Assembly (NCBI RefSeq): GCF_001194135.2
Contig: NC_068990.1
Span: 29,242,508 to 29,306,507 of the forward strand
Source: Octopus bimaculoides
Taxonomy: Eukaryota
Reading direction: 5' to 3'
DNA: 64,000 nucleotides
Part shown: in pieces, positions 1 through 14,200 of the stretch
Position numbering within the stretch: position 1 is the stretch's first letter
Layout of the letters: the number at the start of each line of letters is the position of its first letter
Notes under the pieces: model-generated
What the model was told of the DNA's origin: nothing
Databases searched by the model: none
The model's input: only the letters and a program-made list of their open reading frames with translations
Position numbers and translations under genes: made by a program

Positions 1-493
1 TGCAATCNNNNNNNNNNNNNNNNNNNNNNNNNNNNNNNNNNNNNNNNNNNNNNNNNNNNNNNNNNNNNNNNNNNNNNNNNNNNNNNNNNNNNNNNNNNNN
101 NNNNNNNNNNNNNNNNNNNNNNNNNNNNNNNNNNNNNNNNNNNNNNNNNNNNNNNNNNNNNNNNNNNNNNNNNNNNNNNNNNNNNNNNNNNNNNNNNNNN
201 NNNNNNNNNNNNNNNNNNNNNNNNNNNNNNNNNNNNNNNNNNNNNNNNNNNNNNNNNNNNNNNNNNNNNNNNNNNNNNNNNNNNNNNNNNNNNNNNNNNN
301 NNNNNNNNNNNNNNNNNNNNNNNNNNNNNNNNNNNNNNNNNNNNNNNNNNNNNNNNNNNNNNNNNNNNNNNNNNNNNNNNNNNNNNNNNNNNNNNNNNNN
401 NNNNNNNNNNNNNNNNNNNNNNNNNNNNNNNNNNNNNNNNNNNNNNNNNNNNNNNNNNNNNNNNNNNNNNNNNNNNNNNNNNNNNNNNNNNNN

Positions 494-528
<35 letters not shown>

Positions 529-529
<1 letters not shown>

Positions 530-688
530 GCTGAAGGATTAAAATTAATCAAAGGACATACTAAGTATGTCTACCTGCTAGAAATAACAGTCAAAACTCT
601 TATTTAAAACACCAACATTTTGGCGATTTAAATAAGTTTTGACTGTTATTTCCAGCAGGTGGACATACTTAATTTTAATCCTTCAGCT
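529..688. mobile_element. Small palindromic (foldback/MITE-like) element
   Basis: Arms AGCTGAAGGATTAAAATTAA..GTATGTCTACCTGCTAGAAATAACAGTCAAAA..TTATTTAAA and its near-exact reverse complement, with an 18-nt loop; the left arm has a 16-nt insertion. Confidence 0.7.
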
Positions 689-737
689 GTTTAATGATTT
701 GGGGGTGGGGGCTGCAGTCGCCTATAGATGTAAATTG

Positions 738-1111
738 ATCAGAACGTTGGTCATCTTTTAAGTGAAAAATCTCCAGAATAGAATTTTTTAAAACCATTTC
801 TGACATGTACGTTCTGTTAAGCAACCGATACTATAAACTTCACATATCTCTTTGAGAGCCTCAGCAGCTTTCTTGCCTTTATAGAAATAAAGAAAGCAAA
901 ATGTGGAAAATGTTCGTTTTTGCACTCCATGTTAAAACTGACGCTGAACTGACAGCTGTAAACAAAATTACGAGCAATTTGCTTCTGAAGTAAACTAAGA
1001 GTAATGGCTATCAAATATCAGAAGGAAAAAATGATTACAATGACAAAAGTGATTCCAAAAAATTGTAAATCTATTTCCGAAAAACGAAATTACTTGCTTG
1101 CCAACCCAATA
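738..1111 (-). mobile_element. Mariner (Tc1/mariner) 5' fragment: TIR plus frameshifted transposase N-terminus
   Basis: Minus strand begins TA-TTGGGTTGGCAAGCAAGTAATTTCG (mariner-type TIR). ATG at 930 gives MECKNEHF..YKGKKAAEALKEICEVY..LTERTCQKWF..SGDFSLKDDQRS across frameshifts, a mariner HTH region. Confidence 0.85.
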
Positions 1112-1347
1112 CATGTTGATTAATTGAGATACTCCAGCAGTCTGTTGGAGTATGTCAACCGATCAACATGTAGCTTCCTTAATGTCCCTTTGCCTTGATG
1201 ATATTTTTCTCTAAGTCTTCAAAATGCAAACTTGTTTTATTCTATGGGCTTGTATATTGAATTGAGTGTAAATTGAAACACTTGTAGGCAATACTAATTA
1301 ATAAAATAATTTATATCTGTTAAATCTCTCCATTTTCTTATTTAATA

Positions 1348-1414
<67 letters not shown>

Positions 1415-2599
1415 NNNNNNNNNNNNNNNNNNNNNNNNNNNNNNNNNNNNNNNNNNNNNNNNNNNNNNNNNNNNNNNNNNNNNNNNNNNNNNNNNNNNNN
1501 NNNNNNNNNNNNNNNNNNNNNNNNNNNNNNNNNNNNNNNNNNNNNNNNNNNNNNNNNNNNNNNNNNNNNNNNNNNNNNNNNNNNNNNNNNNNNNNNNNNN
1601 NNNNNNNNNNNNNNNNNNNNNNNNNNNNNNNNNNNNNNNNNNNNNNNNNNNNNNNNNNNNNNNNNNNNNNNNNNNNNNNNNNNNNNNNNNNNNNNNNNNN
1701 NNNNNNNNNNNNNNNNNNNNNNNNNNNNNNNNNNNNNNNNNNNNNNNNNNNNNNNNNNNNNNNNNNNNNNNNNNNNNNNNNNNNNNNNNNNNNNNNNNNN
1801 NNNNNNNNNNNNNNNNNNNNNNNNNNNNNNNNNNNNNNNNNNNNNNNNNNNNNNNNNNNNNNNNNNNNNNNNNNNNNNNNNNNNNNNNNNNNNNNNNNNN
1901 NNNNNNNNNNNNNNNNGCCAGCTTCCAAATCCTGTTTTCAGGTTAAGTAAAACCGATTAACCTTTAAACCCCAGTATCATTTTTCCGCAAATTTTCTGGA
2001 ACAAAAAAATAACAAAATTGGGTTTAACATGGGAAATTATTTCAAAATACGAAATTTGAAAATTTTGACGTAATTTTATAATCTCATAATATATGACAGC
2101 AACAGGGAAGACCCTACAAAAGTAGAGAGACAGATAGTTATAGGACGTCACACACTCACACACACACATTTACAAACGTACACAGCGGTAATCATGAGTT
2201 TGAAATGGTGTATAGTTGACATATGTAGGTATGTATGTACGTATGCATGTATGTACGTATGAACGTATATGTATGTGAGTGTGTTTGTGTGTGAGAGTTT
2301 CTTTGCGATGGACAGCAGAAGAGTCACCCCTCTCTCCTTAAAACTACGTATTCCTCACACTCACCTTTCTGTGAGTGTGTGCGTGTGTGTGTGTGTTGTA
2401 TCTATATATTTACGGAAGTATTATGCAGCGTCATGTGTATAACAGTTACATTAACGTTATCACCCCATTACCAACGCTGTTCTTACCTTTACTGATACAA
2501 GTCACCCCTCTCTGCTACTACCTTTCCCTCAGACATATTTTTCGCAACCTTCTCATTTTATCATATAATTCGCCCAAGGCCTCTGTGGGGCGCATTATA

Positions 2600-2742
2600 G
2601 ATTTTTATTGAATCCAATTAACCTATTATTGAATTGGATATTAGTGTAACATGTATGTAAAGTTTCGTGAACATCGGTTCGGCAGTTTAGACACTAAGAT
2701 GATAACAGACAGACAGACAGAAATTGCCATTTATATATGTGA
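2600..2742 (-). mobile_element. Non-autonomous Helitron-like 5' end
   Basis: Minus strand A|TCACATATATAAATGGC, (CTGT)n, then AACTGCCGAACCGATGTTCACGAAACTT, the layout of Lep1-type Helitron 5' ends. 3' end not located. Confidence 0.5.
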
Positions 2743-2767
2743 TATATGTATGTATATATGTGCATAT

Positions 2768-3025
2768 GGATCTAGGACTTTTCGTCTTAAACACTTCGGT
2801 CTTATGTGATTTGATCGAAAGTGACTTTTGTCTAAATACAATATAGTCTGAAGACATTTTTGTCTAAACTCACTTTGGTCTAATAACTATTTTGTCCATA
2901 GAATCTCAAAGAAAATGTAAAAGATCTAAATAACTATACTCTAATAATCCTTTTTGTCTTCAGACGAAAATGCTTTTAGACCAAAGTGTTTAGACTAAAG
3001 TGTTTTCAACCAAAGTGCCGTATCC
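2768..3025. mobile_element. MITE with imperfect TIRs made of ~15-bp subrepeats
   Basis: Left GGATCTAGGACTTTTCGTCTTAAACACTTCGGTC versus reverse-complemented right GGATACGGCACTTTGGTTGAAAACACTTTAGTC; internal repeats TTTTGTCTAA/GACCAAAGTG; flanking 9-mers TGTGCATAT/CATGCATAT (7/9). Confidence 0.55.
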
Positions 3026-3657
3026 CATGCATATATATATATATATATATANNNNNNNNNNNNNNNNNNNNNNNNNNNNNNNNNNNNNNNNNNNNNNNNN
3101 NNNNNNNNNNNNNNNNNNNNNNNNNNNNNNNNNNNNNNNNNNNNNNNNNNNNNNNNNNNNNNNNNNNNNNNNNNNNNNNNNNNNNNNNNNNNNNNNNNNN
3201 NNNNNNNNNNNNNNNNNNNNNNNNNNNNNNNNNNNNNNNNNNNNNNNNNNNNNNNNNNNNNNNNNNNNNNNNNNNNNNNNNNNNNNNNNNNNNNNNNNNN
3301 NNNNNNNNNNNNNNNNNNNNNNNNNNNNNNNNNNNNNNNNNNNNNNNNNNNNNNNNNNNNNNNNNNNNNNNNNNNNNNNNNNNNNNNNNNNNNNNNNNNN
3401 NNNNNNNNNNNNNNNNNNNNNNNNNNNNNNNNNNNNNNNNNNNNNNNNNNNNNNNNNNNNNNNNNNNNNNNNNNNNNNNNNNNNNNNNNNNNNNNNNNNN
3501 NNNNNNNNNNNNNNNNNNNNNNNNNNNNNNNNNNNNNNNNNNNNNNNNNNNNNNNNNNNNNNNNNNNNNNNNNNNNNNNNNNNNNNNNNNNNNNNNNNNN
3601 NNNNNNNNNNNNNNNNNNNNNNNNNNNNNNNNNNNNNNNNNNNNNNNNNNNNNNNNN

Positions 3658-3702
<45 letters not shown>

Positions 3703-3747
3703 ATAGATGCGCGCGCACACACATAACATATATACATATATATATAT

Positions 3748-3892
3748 AGTGAGAATTTACAAAAAACAAAAGAAGAAGACGGGTGTGTAAAAAGTTGTAT
3801 TAGTTTAACGCTCTTCGACAGAAAGGAACACAGAGATATACAGGGAGAGAAAATAGAAAAAGGTTTATTGGCAAGCGCTCTATCATGGCGAA
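3748..3892 (-). mobile_element. Dispersed Penelope-terminus-like repeat (family F3), internally deleted
   Basis: Homologous to 20145-20340, 50205-50420 and 52940-53115; only the CTTT-CTGTCGAAGAGCG half of the hammerhead-like motif remains. Confidence 0.6.
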
Positions 3893-3911
3893 TGCCAGAC
3901 AGAGGGTCACA

Positions 3912-4083
3912 CAGGAGAGTGAGAGAAAGTTGTGGTGAAAGAATACAGTAGGGTTCGCCACCATCCCCTGCCGGAGCCGCGTGGTGATTTCGCTCAATAA
4001 ATACTCACAACGTCCGGTCTAGGAATCGAAACCGCGATCCTATGACCGAGAGTCTGCTGCCCTAACCACTGGGCCATTGCGCC
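3912..4083 (-). mobile_element. tRNA-headed SINE, family C (5' part)
   Basis: Minus strand GGCGCAATGGCCCAGTGGTTAGGGCAGC..GGTTTCGATTCC (A/B boxes); matches 44725-44915 and 50486-50863. Confidence 0.8.
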
Positions 4084-4811
4084 TTCACACACACANNNNN
4101 NNNNNNNNNNNNNNNNNNNNNNNNNNNNNNNNNNNNNNNNNNNNNNNNNNNNNNNNNNNNNNNNNNNNNNNNNNNNNNNNNNNNNNNNNNNNNNNNNNNN
4201 NNNNNNNNNNNNNNNNNNNNNNNNNNNNNNNNNNNNNNNNNNNNNNNNNNNNNNNNNNNNNNNNNNNNNNNNNNNNNNNNNNNNNNNNNNNNNNNNNNNN
4301 NNNNNNNNNNNNNNNNNNNNNNNNNNNNNNNNNNNNNNNNNNNNNNNNNNNNNNNNNNNNNNNNNNNNNNNNNNNNNNNNNNNNNNNNNNNNNNNNNNNN
4401 NNNNNNNNNNNNNNNNNNNNNNNNNNNNNNNNNNNNNNNNNNNNNNNNNNNNNNNNNNNNNNNNNNNNNNNNNNNNNNNNNNNNNNNNNNNNNNNNNNNN
4501 NNNNNNNNNNNNNNNNNNNNNNNNNNNNNNNNNNNNNNNNNNNNNNNNNNNNNNNNNNNNNNNNNNNNNNNNNNNNNNNNNNNNNNNNNNNNNNNNNNNN
4601 NNNNNNNNNNNNNNNNNNNNNNNNNNNNNNNNNNNNNNNNNNNNNNNNNNNNNNNNNNNNNNNNNNNNNNNNNNNNNNNNNNNNNNNNNNNNNNNNNNNN
4701 NNNNNNNNNNNNNNNNNNNNNNNNNNNNNNNNNNNNNNNNNNNNNNNNNNNNNNNNNNNNNNNNNNNNNNNNNNNNNNNNNNNNNNNNNNNNNNNNNNNN
4801 NNNNNNNNNNN

Positions 4812-4866
<55 letters not shown>

Positions 4867-7155
4867 CATACATACAAACATACGTACATACATGCATACA
4901 CTGTGTACATGAATATATTATGTATTAAAATATTCATAGCAGTTGATATTTGCAAAACCACACAATCACACAAACATTTTTATATTAAATGAAATCATAC
5001 GTACGCCATACAGGTAGAAACTGATAAAAAATTCATAACGAAACAATCACACGAATGTGTGTGTGTGTGTGAGTGTTTGTGTGTTTATGTATCTGTGTGT
5101 GTGATTCATGTTTGTATATTTATATAAACATATATCTATCTATATATGTATATGCATATATAAATATATATCCATAGATTTTTCTATGTGTGTGTTCATG
5201 TGTGTGTGTATCTCTATGTATTGATGGAAAGATTAACATACCAATAGAGATAACTCTATATTCACACAAAGGTATACTGGTATACGTACATATTCGCGTT
5301 TAATTCTGTCTTAAGTGTCTTGTGTAGGCGCGTATAGCCACATATTCGTGCATATTTAGCATTTTTGACGTGTATATTTAAATGTGTGTGCATGAATATA
5401 TGCAAACTAGTGTGTATGTATGTTATACATATATATATATAGATATATGTGTGTGTATGTATAAATTTTATACACATATAGTGTGCATCTATATATTCAT
5501 ATGTGTGCGAGTGTGTGTGTATGTTATATATATATATATATATATNNNNNNNNNNNNNNNNNNNNNNNNNNNNNNNNNNNNNNNNNNNNNNNNNNNNNNN
5601 NNNNNNNNNNNNNNNNNNNNNNNNNNNNNNNNNNNNNNNNNNNNNNNNNNNNNNNNNNNNNNNNNNNNNNNNNNNNNNNNNNNNNNNNNNNNNNNNNNNN
5701 NNNNNNNNNNNNNNNNNNNNNNNNNNNNNNNNNNNNNNNNNNNNNNNNNNNNNNNNNNNNNNNNNNNNNNNNNNNNNNNNNNNNNNNNNNNNNNNNNNNN
5801 NNNNNNNNNNNNNNNNNNNNNNNNNNNNNNNNNNNNNNNNNNNNNNNNNNNNATATATATATACATGATACATAAATATATCTCATGCTTTCTACTTCAC
5901 CAACTATCAAACAAAAACAAAAATAAAAGTAGAACAAAAACCATTCGTATTTTCCGTCTTTTTTTATATCTTTGTTATTTCATTTTTATGTTTATTTCTT
6001 TAATTATTTATTTATTTTCGAAAGGAAGAATATTTCCATCTCTTTTAGTTTCCATCATCTCATCTCTATCGATGTATTTGTTTGTCATCAAATATGTGAT
6101 ATGCAATATTGGAATCGGGAATTCAGATTTTAAGTGGAATTGCTTTTGGTATCTTTTATTTCATCCCCGTTGTTTGTTTTATACGCTTTTGTTTTTGTCC
6201 GGTGGTTGTTGTCTTTTCATTATTTTGTTGGGGCTTTTTTTTCCCCAACTTCTATGTTTCCGTGTATATGTGTGTATTCGTGTTTATGTGAGGGCGTTTG
6301 TGTGTGGATGCGTTTTATTTTGGTTTTTTATTAGTCTATGGAATGGAGAGGTGGAAAGGTTTGCAACAGAGTTCTTCACTCATGCCCAATGGGGACTTTT
6401 TTTTCCCCCATATTTAGTAATTCAATACTTTCCTATAGCATTGGTTTTTATCCTGAAACAATATATTTTGTATATATATTTATATAATATTTATACATTT
6501 AAATGGGTTTCTTTTAATTTTTCGTTTTTGAGTTGTTTGCTTTTTTGTGTTTTTTTTTTCACCAATGCTGTTTATTCAAAATGGTGTGGAACGAAACCAA
6601 CATCTGTTGTGCAATAGAATCCTTCTAGCACAGAGCCAAATTCCTCATCTGAAAAAACATTTAAATATTTAAATGTTTACTATCAGCATCTAGCTTATCA
6701 AACAAAATTACTGCCGTTTGCTCCCTTATATCACTTTTTCCAGTATTTCTATGGTTTATACCGAAATTTGAAACACTTAATCTTCAATAAATTCAGTATT
6801 AATAGAAATAATTGTCTTTGAGTTGTACTAATGAGATATAAACCCCTGAATGCTGCATCTACAGTTAATCCAGAAAAAGACCGCGTGGAATGTATAACTT
6901 AAGCTAGATTTGAACATCTTCTATGTTTTATAGTTCGGGGTTATCAAAGCAGATGGAAGGAAGATCGTGTTTAAAATTTTAACACTGAATACTAAATTTT
7001 AAATGGGTTCGAACTTTCACCCTCTGCTTTAAATTGGGCATTAGAAAATTACTTCTAAATCAACGTCTTGAACACAAAAAAAAATAGACAAAAGGAAATA
7101 GTTCGTTTATTTCGAGATAATTGTTCAACAGGAAGGCAGACTGACACGACACACA

Positions 7156-7238
<83 letters not shown>

Positions 7239-7854
7239 NNNNNNNNNNNNNNNNNNNNNNNNNNNNNNNNNNNNNNNNNNNNNNNNNNNNNNNNNNNNNN
7301 NNNNNNNNNNNNNNNNNNNNNNNNNNNNNNNNNNNNNNNNNNNNNNNNNNNNNNNNNNNNNNNNNNNNNNNNNNNNNNNNNNNNNNNNNNNNNNNNNNNN
7401 NNNNNNNNNNNNNNNNNNNNNNNNNNNNNNNNNNNNNNNNNNNNNNNNNNNNNNNNNNNNNNNNNNNNNNNNNNNNNNNNNNNNNNNNNNNNNNNNNNNN
7501 NNNNNNNNNNNNNNNNNNNNNNNNNNNNNNNNNNNNNNNNNNNNNNNNNNNNNNNNNNNNNNNNNNNNNNNNNNNNNNNNNNNNNNNNNNNNNNNNNNNN
7601 NNNNNNNNNNNNNNNNNNNNNNNNNNNNNNNNNNNNNNNNNNNNNNNNNNNNNNNNNNNNNNNNNNNNNNNNNNNNNNNNNNNNNNNNNNNNNNNNNNNN
7701 NNNNNNNNNNNNNNNNNNNNNNNNNNNNNNNNNNNNNNNNNNNNNNNNNNNNNNNNNNNNNNNNNNNNNNNNNNNNNNNNNNNNNNNNNNNNNNNNNNNN
7801 NNNNNNNNNNNNNNNNNNNNNNNNCCCTTTACTTGTAGGGCTCGTATTTTAACA

Positions 7855-8152
7855 CTCAAATCATCCAATCTCGTTAGTTGAATATAGGAAGAATAAGGAC
7901 GTGTTGTGTCCTTGAGCAAGACACTTTATTTTTCGTTGCTCCAGTCCACTCAACTGGCAAAAATGAGTAGCAGCTGTAATTTAAATGACCCTACTTGTCA
8001 CATTCGGTGCCCCGTTTAATTTTCATGAGAACTACTTTTAGGGTATTCGTGTCCGTGGAGTACTCGTCCACTTGCACGTTAATTTCACGAGCTGGCTGTT
8101 CCGTTGATCGGATCAACTGGAACCCGCGTCGTCGTAACCGACGGAGTGCCAG
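7855..8152 (+). mobile_element. SINE family C variant
   Basis: Central GTGTCCTTGAGCAAGACACTTTA domain; 3' tail ..CCGTTGATCGGATCAACTGG..GTAACCGACGGAGTGCCA is the reverse complement of 50486-50560. Confidence 0.75.
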
Positions 8153-8286
8153 TGTTGGAAGGGTTCATTTTTGAAACGTTTTCTCTCGCGATCTAATCGT
8201 CTACTCTATTCTGAGTCAACTATATGAGGAATCGCTTCCATCCGTTTCAATAACGTATCTCAATTTCAGTTAAAGACAAGCAAAGA

Positions 8287-8445
8287 CATGGCTGTGTATT
8301 TAAGAAATTTACCTCCAAACCACGTGCTTTTGGTTTCGATCCTATTGCCTGAAACCTTGGGAAACTGTCCTTTTTCATATCCCTCGGCCGAACATTTTTT
8401 GTGAACAGATTTACTCAATGGAAACTGAAGAAAGCCCGTCGTGCA
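8287..8445 (+). mobile_element. tRNA-headed SINE, family A (diverged)
   Basis: GGCTGTGT..AAGAA..AACCAC..GGTTTCGATCC..GGAAACTGAAGAAAGCCCGTCG; same family as 42452-42617. Confidence 0.7.
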
Positions 8446-8699
8446 CAGACAACCACACATGTACACACATATATACACATACACATATACATACACACAC
8501 ACACATACACATGCATATATGTATGTACGGGCATATGTATGTATGTTTGCATATATGTATGAATGAATGTGTCTATGAGTGTGTCTGTGTCTGTGTCTGT
8601 GTCTCTCTGTGTCTGTGTATTCGCTCATTTCATTTAGATCTTGTCTTGATGTTATGCGTAAGTTGTAAATAAGCATCACCGTCATTCAATTGGTGTCCT

Positions 8700-8865
8700 T
8701 TGTTTCCGATCTTCTATGAAATCATGTCCGGCCATGAAGAAATATTGCTTTGCTTGGATGCAAGTTAAGGTTGACAACAAAAAAGGCATCTGGCCATACA
8801 AAATCTTCCTCAATATAATCCGTCTGATCTATGTAAGCATGGATAAGTGAATTTTAAAAGATGAT
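8700..8865 (+). mobile_element. Retroposon 3' tail remnant (RTE-like tail)
   Basis: GGTTGACAACAAAAAAGGCATCTGGCC..AAGCATGGATAAGTG..AAAAGATGAT, resembling RTE-type 3' ends from memory. Confidence 0.35.
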
Positions 8866-9289
8866 CGTCATCACCATTATTATTATCAGTATTACCATCG
8901 TAATAATTAACTTCTTATTGAGCTTTTTCAGTTCTATTCCCTTTCTCAACATCTGACATATAAAGCTTAGTAATCTAAAGCTTTCTTTCTTACTCTGTCA
9001 TAGTGAGTAGGTATGTTGTGTATTTCTACTCTTAAACGTATATTCTGTTTATTTCCTTTTTTTTTCATTCAACATCATCCACAATTAATAAAGGCACACT
9101 AAAGCCTTTCTGAGTCACATATCATTGAATAGACAGAATATTGTGCAGTTACAATTGAATTCTAATAGGTAGATTTGACTTATGCTTAGAGGAATATTTA
9201 ATTCTATAGCTTAGAGCTTAACGAGTGGCAATGTCTCCTATACAATTACGGCTATCGTTAAAGCTGTCCCTATTGACAGCTTGTGATAT

Positions 9290-9990
9290 TTCTGTTTGAG
9301 GATTAACAGAAATTCTAATCGTCTATATACAATCATAAAAAACAAATCTAGGCACCAGCGTTAGAAGAATAGCATCCTATATATACTCCGACAAAAAAAT
9401 ATTTAATTACACGTCTCACTGTTATAATGATGTGCTGAAGAAAATCGAATTTGAAGAGAAGCTGGAATGAATACAGTAATGGAATCCATAGAACAAAAAT
9501 AAAAGGGAAAAACAAAAATAATCATTTGGTTCAAACTTCCCTTTAGCATTGAAATAGTGTCTAACGCAGCTCAATATTTTCTAGCGTTTATCAAAAATCA
9601 TTTCTCCAGCATCAACACATACCACAAGCTATTCAGAAGAAAAAAAACATGGTAACAGATAACTTTAATTTTCTTTATGGGAAACATCAGTATTCTTATA
9701 GCTCGAAGCAGAGAATTACTAACACACATTGGAACTGTACCAGCCACTAGAATGCAATTGAAGCAATACAATAGCCTGCCATTTCAATTGCATGCGTCTT
9801 ACAAAAGCATAAGTGTATTGAACCAAATATCATCCGAAAATAGTATTCAGGGGAATAATACAGGTCTCACGAAAATTGTATTTCAGGGTATCATTCAAAA
9901 ACGACAAATCGAATTCTTCTGAAATGGAAATAAAATAAAAGATCGCGCAGACTTTTCCAGGTTGTGTGGGTTGAAGGTGAATATAACATA
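9290..9990 (+). mobile_element. Penelope-like element, decayed linker/GIY-YIG region
   Basis: Broken frames give IIWFKLPFS, HTYHKLFR and MGNI, matching the Penelope motif series IIWFNPPFS..HKIFN..SCM.NI; many stops. Confidence 0.6.
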
Positions 9991-10393
9991 CACTTCAGTA
10001 AGTTTTCAAATTTTCCATTACCTTAATGATCAAAAGATACCTTGTCTGGATGAGAAACGAAATTCTCATATAGAGGGCTTCTTAGATACTAGACAAATAA
10101 AATATCCCTAACAGAAACCTCACAATCTACAGGAAGGGTAGAGTTCTACTTGTTACAGGAACTAGCTGACACCGACATATCATATGAAGATGGTTACAAA
10201 TTCTAGGAGGTAATCAAGAGGGAGAGGGAGAAGGGGAGAGATGGAGAGAAAGAGAGACTAGAGTCATGCCTCTTCATCTTAAGATAAATTACATTTTGGA
10301 TAAGGTAGAGATGAGATATTTTCTTGGTATTTAGCTCGTTGATAACATCTTGTGTGCGGCTTAATAAAAAATACATACATACAGATAGACAAA

Positions 10394-10452
<59 letters not shown>

Positions 10453-10599
10453 TGCACATATGTGTGTATATGTATGTATGTTTACATGCACCGGGTTACA
10501 GGTGTACGTAAGCAAATAGAGGATTCAACATGTACCTGTAACTGCCATTTTCCAACACCAAAATTAAATCTCGTAACACTCCACGGTTAACTCGGTTAA

Positions 10600-11170
10600 T
10601 GCAACTGTTTCTTCTTAACGTCAAGTCAACTCATGCCAAAAGGTTCGCTATTCTTATAGAGAAACATTTCTCAATTCACCGCCACTTCAGAAAACTTCTA
10701 AATACAACCTGTTTAAAATTCACCTATAGCTACGCTCTAAACATGAACAGCATCGTTTCGCGTAGGCCAAGAGAATCGCCTGAAGCAAGTTGCTCGTGCA
10801 GAAATATCAACGAATTTCCGCTCAGTCAATCGTGTAATGCTGAATCCATAGTATAAGAAGCAGAATGCACCTTTACGAAACTGAACCAATTGATAGAGTG
10901 TAAAAATACATAGGAATATTTGAAGGCAGATTCTTGCAACATTATTTCAAACATTCTTCGTCATTCAAATATTTTGAAGGCAGAATCTCGCAATTTTATC
11001 AAACTACTGTTAGTGACTAAAGTAACACAGCACCGATTATAATATTAAATAGTATCTTCAAATAAATTAGACCCTATATGAATAACAGAAAAAGTGCAGC
11101 ACTTGTAAAAATCAATAAAGCCTCATATTTAGAAAAATAATAATAATGCTATGGAGAACCATATCGCTAA
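10600..11170 (+). mobile_element. Penelope-like element, decayed GIY-YIG endonuclease region
   Basis: ORF 10599-10856 NVKSTHAKRFAILIEKHF..RKLLN..KFTYSYALNMNSIV..CSCR..FPL..C..SIV, followed by KYIGIFEGRF. Confidence 0.75.
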
Positions 11171-11810
11171 ACCTGAACTCTTTATGAATTGTCAACAATT
11201 CGATAATTACCTACTGAAATCCTAGAAATTTACACTATCACCAAATTAAACAGAAATACAGTGAACTATCAGCCACACAACTATTTTACTTGATACATTT
11301 CTTCTTTCTTTACTTTTATGTATATCAAGAATTCATTTATCTAACCCTGCAATCTAAATCTTGACTTTTACAGTCTGACTTTGAAACAATATCTTCAATG
11401 CCTTACAGTCTGACTTCTAAAACAATACCTGCGAAGAGAGATCCACTATGTTATTGTTATTTTATTGCATATATACATTTCCAACTTCAATGTATTGCAA
11501 GCCATTTCTACCACCTAATTTACTTATATATCGATTGATTATATTATACAGCTTTGCATTCTTTTTTTTTTTTTTTTTTTGACCTTCCACATCGAACTAC
11601 GTCATCCCTGCTACCACACCAACTCTATTCCTTTCACCTTTCCCATTTCGTTATTTTCCTTCTTTTCATTTTATTCCGAAATAATTTTCATCTATCTAAT
11701 ATTTTTTTTTCTTTCTCTTGGTATATCAAAGTACTTGATGACCTCATATATCATTCTCATATTCGTGTTATTACTTAGAAATAACAACAGCCTGATATTT
11801 CAGTGTGCAG

Positions 11811-11846
<36 letters not shown>

Positions 11847-12584
11847 TCCTTTATCTTTATGTGTGTAAGCATACGTATGGGTGATTGTATCCGTATGCGT
11901 TTGAGCCCGAAATATATTTTCTTCGATTTCTTTTCACTTGTAGAATTAGTGCCTTTTTCTTTTTTCATTTTCGTTTTAATCTCTTGGGATACCTTTTCCA
12001 TTTCCGAACTGCCATCAATTGTTTATCGGAGGATTTGGGAGAAGTGTTTGTGTGTGAGTGTGTGTGTCTGTGTGTTTGTGTATGTATTCTACTTCTTTAA
12101 GCCTCGACACTAGCACAGCAGTGGTGCCAGCCACGATCATCAACTACATCTCCCTATGACTACAAATGACAACCACGAATGCAAGCGCCTTTCGTATGAG
12201 CTACACTTACGATTGTAAGGTCAAGTTTCTATTCTCAAATCAAGCGGAATATTGTCTTTTTAAGCAAAAGACATTCGAGTCAGCTGAAAATGAGTCCAGG
12301 AAAATGGCGGTTAAGACTTCGACGGACTGGCGTCTCGTTTAGCTGGTGGGTCTTCTACTCAAAGTATCATAACAGCTCAGAAGCCAGTGTAATCTCAGCC
12401 CAAATAAACTTGTAGGTTTATTTCAAACTATTATATACACATAGATTTTATGTGTGTGTGTGTGCGTGTGTATGAGTGTGTGCATGTGTAAATACGCAAC
12501 TATACAGGGTATGCGGGAGTCAAATATACATACATAAGCGCAATTATGCGAATAAACATATGTATACATATAGCTACATGCAAC

Positions 12585-12646
<62 letters not shown>

Positions 12647-12970
12647 CTGATAGATAGATAGATATGTGTGCATCTGTGAGTATATATACATATATATCTG
12701 TGTGTGAGAGTATATTGATAAATATTTACATACATTTGTGTTGTATGTGTATATATTCATACCTATGAATATATATATGCATATATATATTTCGTATAAA
12801 TAAATATATATATACATATATATACATATATATATACATACATATATATATTCCTATATATGTATATACATATGTATAAATATATGCATATATTTGTATA
12901 TACATAATATATATGCATACATATATATATCATTATATTTACATATATATGTATATAAGATATACGCATG

Positions 12971-13021
<51 letters not shown>

Positions 13022-13193
13022 CGAATCTACACACATATATAGATATCATATTTATTTACTTCTAATGACATTTTTTCACATATTTAATTTATACCATATT
13101 GTTTTCGCTGCTGTTGTTTTTCCTAATATTATTATTGTCTCCGTCTACTTTTGTTGTTGGCTGCTGCTGCTCTTTCTGTTGCTGCTACTACTG

Positions 13194-13230
<37 letters not shown>

Positions 13231-13377
13231 AACTATTACTACTACTACTACTAAAACCACCACTACAACCACTATTAGTGGTGCTTGTGATCATTTCAGT
13301 GGTTCACATTACATTTTTAAAATTTTTCCTTTTCATTTTTGTGATTAGTCTCATTATTATTATTATTATTATTATTA

Positions 13378-13451
<74 letters not shown>

Positions 13452-13863
13452 ATTATTATTATTATTATTACGGTGCTTTTTTTTTAAACTGAGTTCCTGT
13501 TGTTTTTGCTTTTGTCTCTTTTTTTATCTCTCTTTTGATTTGGCTTTCTTGTTTATTTGTTTACTTCACGGTAACAATCAAATTTGTTTCAATTTCAACA
13601 AAATACCAACTGAAAACATTTTCTCTTATGTTTGACAATTTTTTTAAAAAATAATTTCGAAAATGTAATAAACTATTTTTATTATCATTAATGATAATAA
13701 CAATAATAACAATAATAATGATAATAATAGTAATAATAATAATGATGATAATAATAATAAAATAACATCATTATCATCACTATTATTTTCATCCTCATCA
13801 TCATTGTTCATATTATTTGTATTAACACCATTATCATTAATAATAATAGTAATAACAATAACA

Positions 13864-13914
<51 letters not shown>

Positions 13915-13981
13915 TTTTATTGTTGTTGTTATTAGTAGTTCTATTTATTGTTCTTTTGTACTTATAGTCACTATCATTACT

Positions 13982-14045
<64 letters not shown>

Positions 14046-14125
14046 CCATCCTGTCATTCTCATTATTAATGATATTATTTTGTAAATAAATAATAATTAT
14101 CATTATTATTATTATCATTATTGTA

Positions 14126-14200
<75 letters not shown>

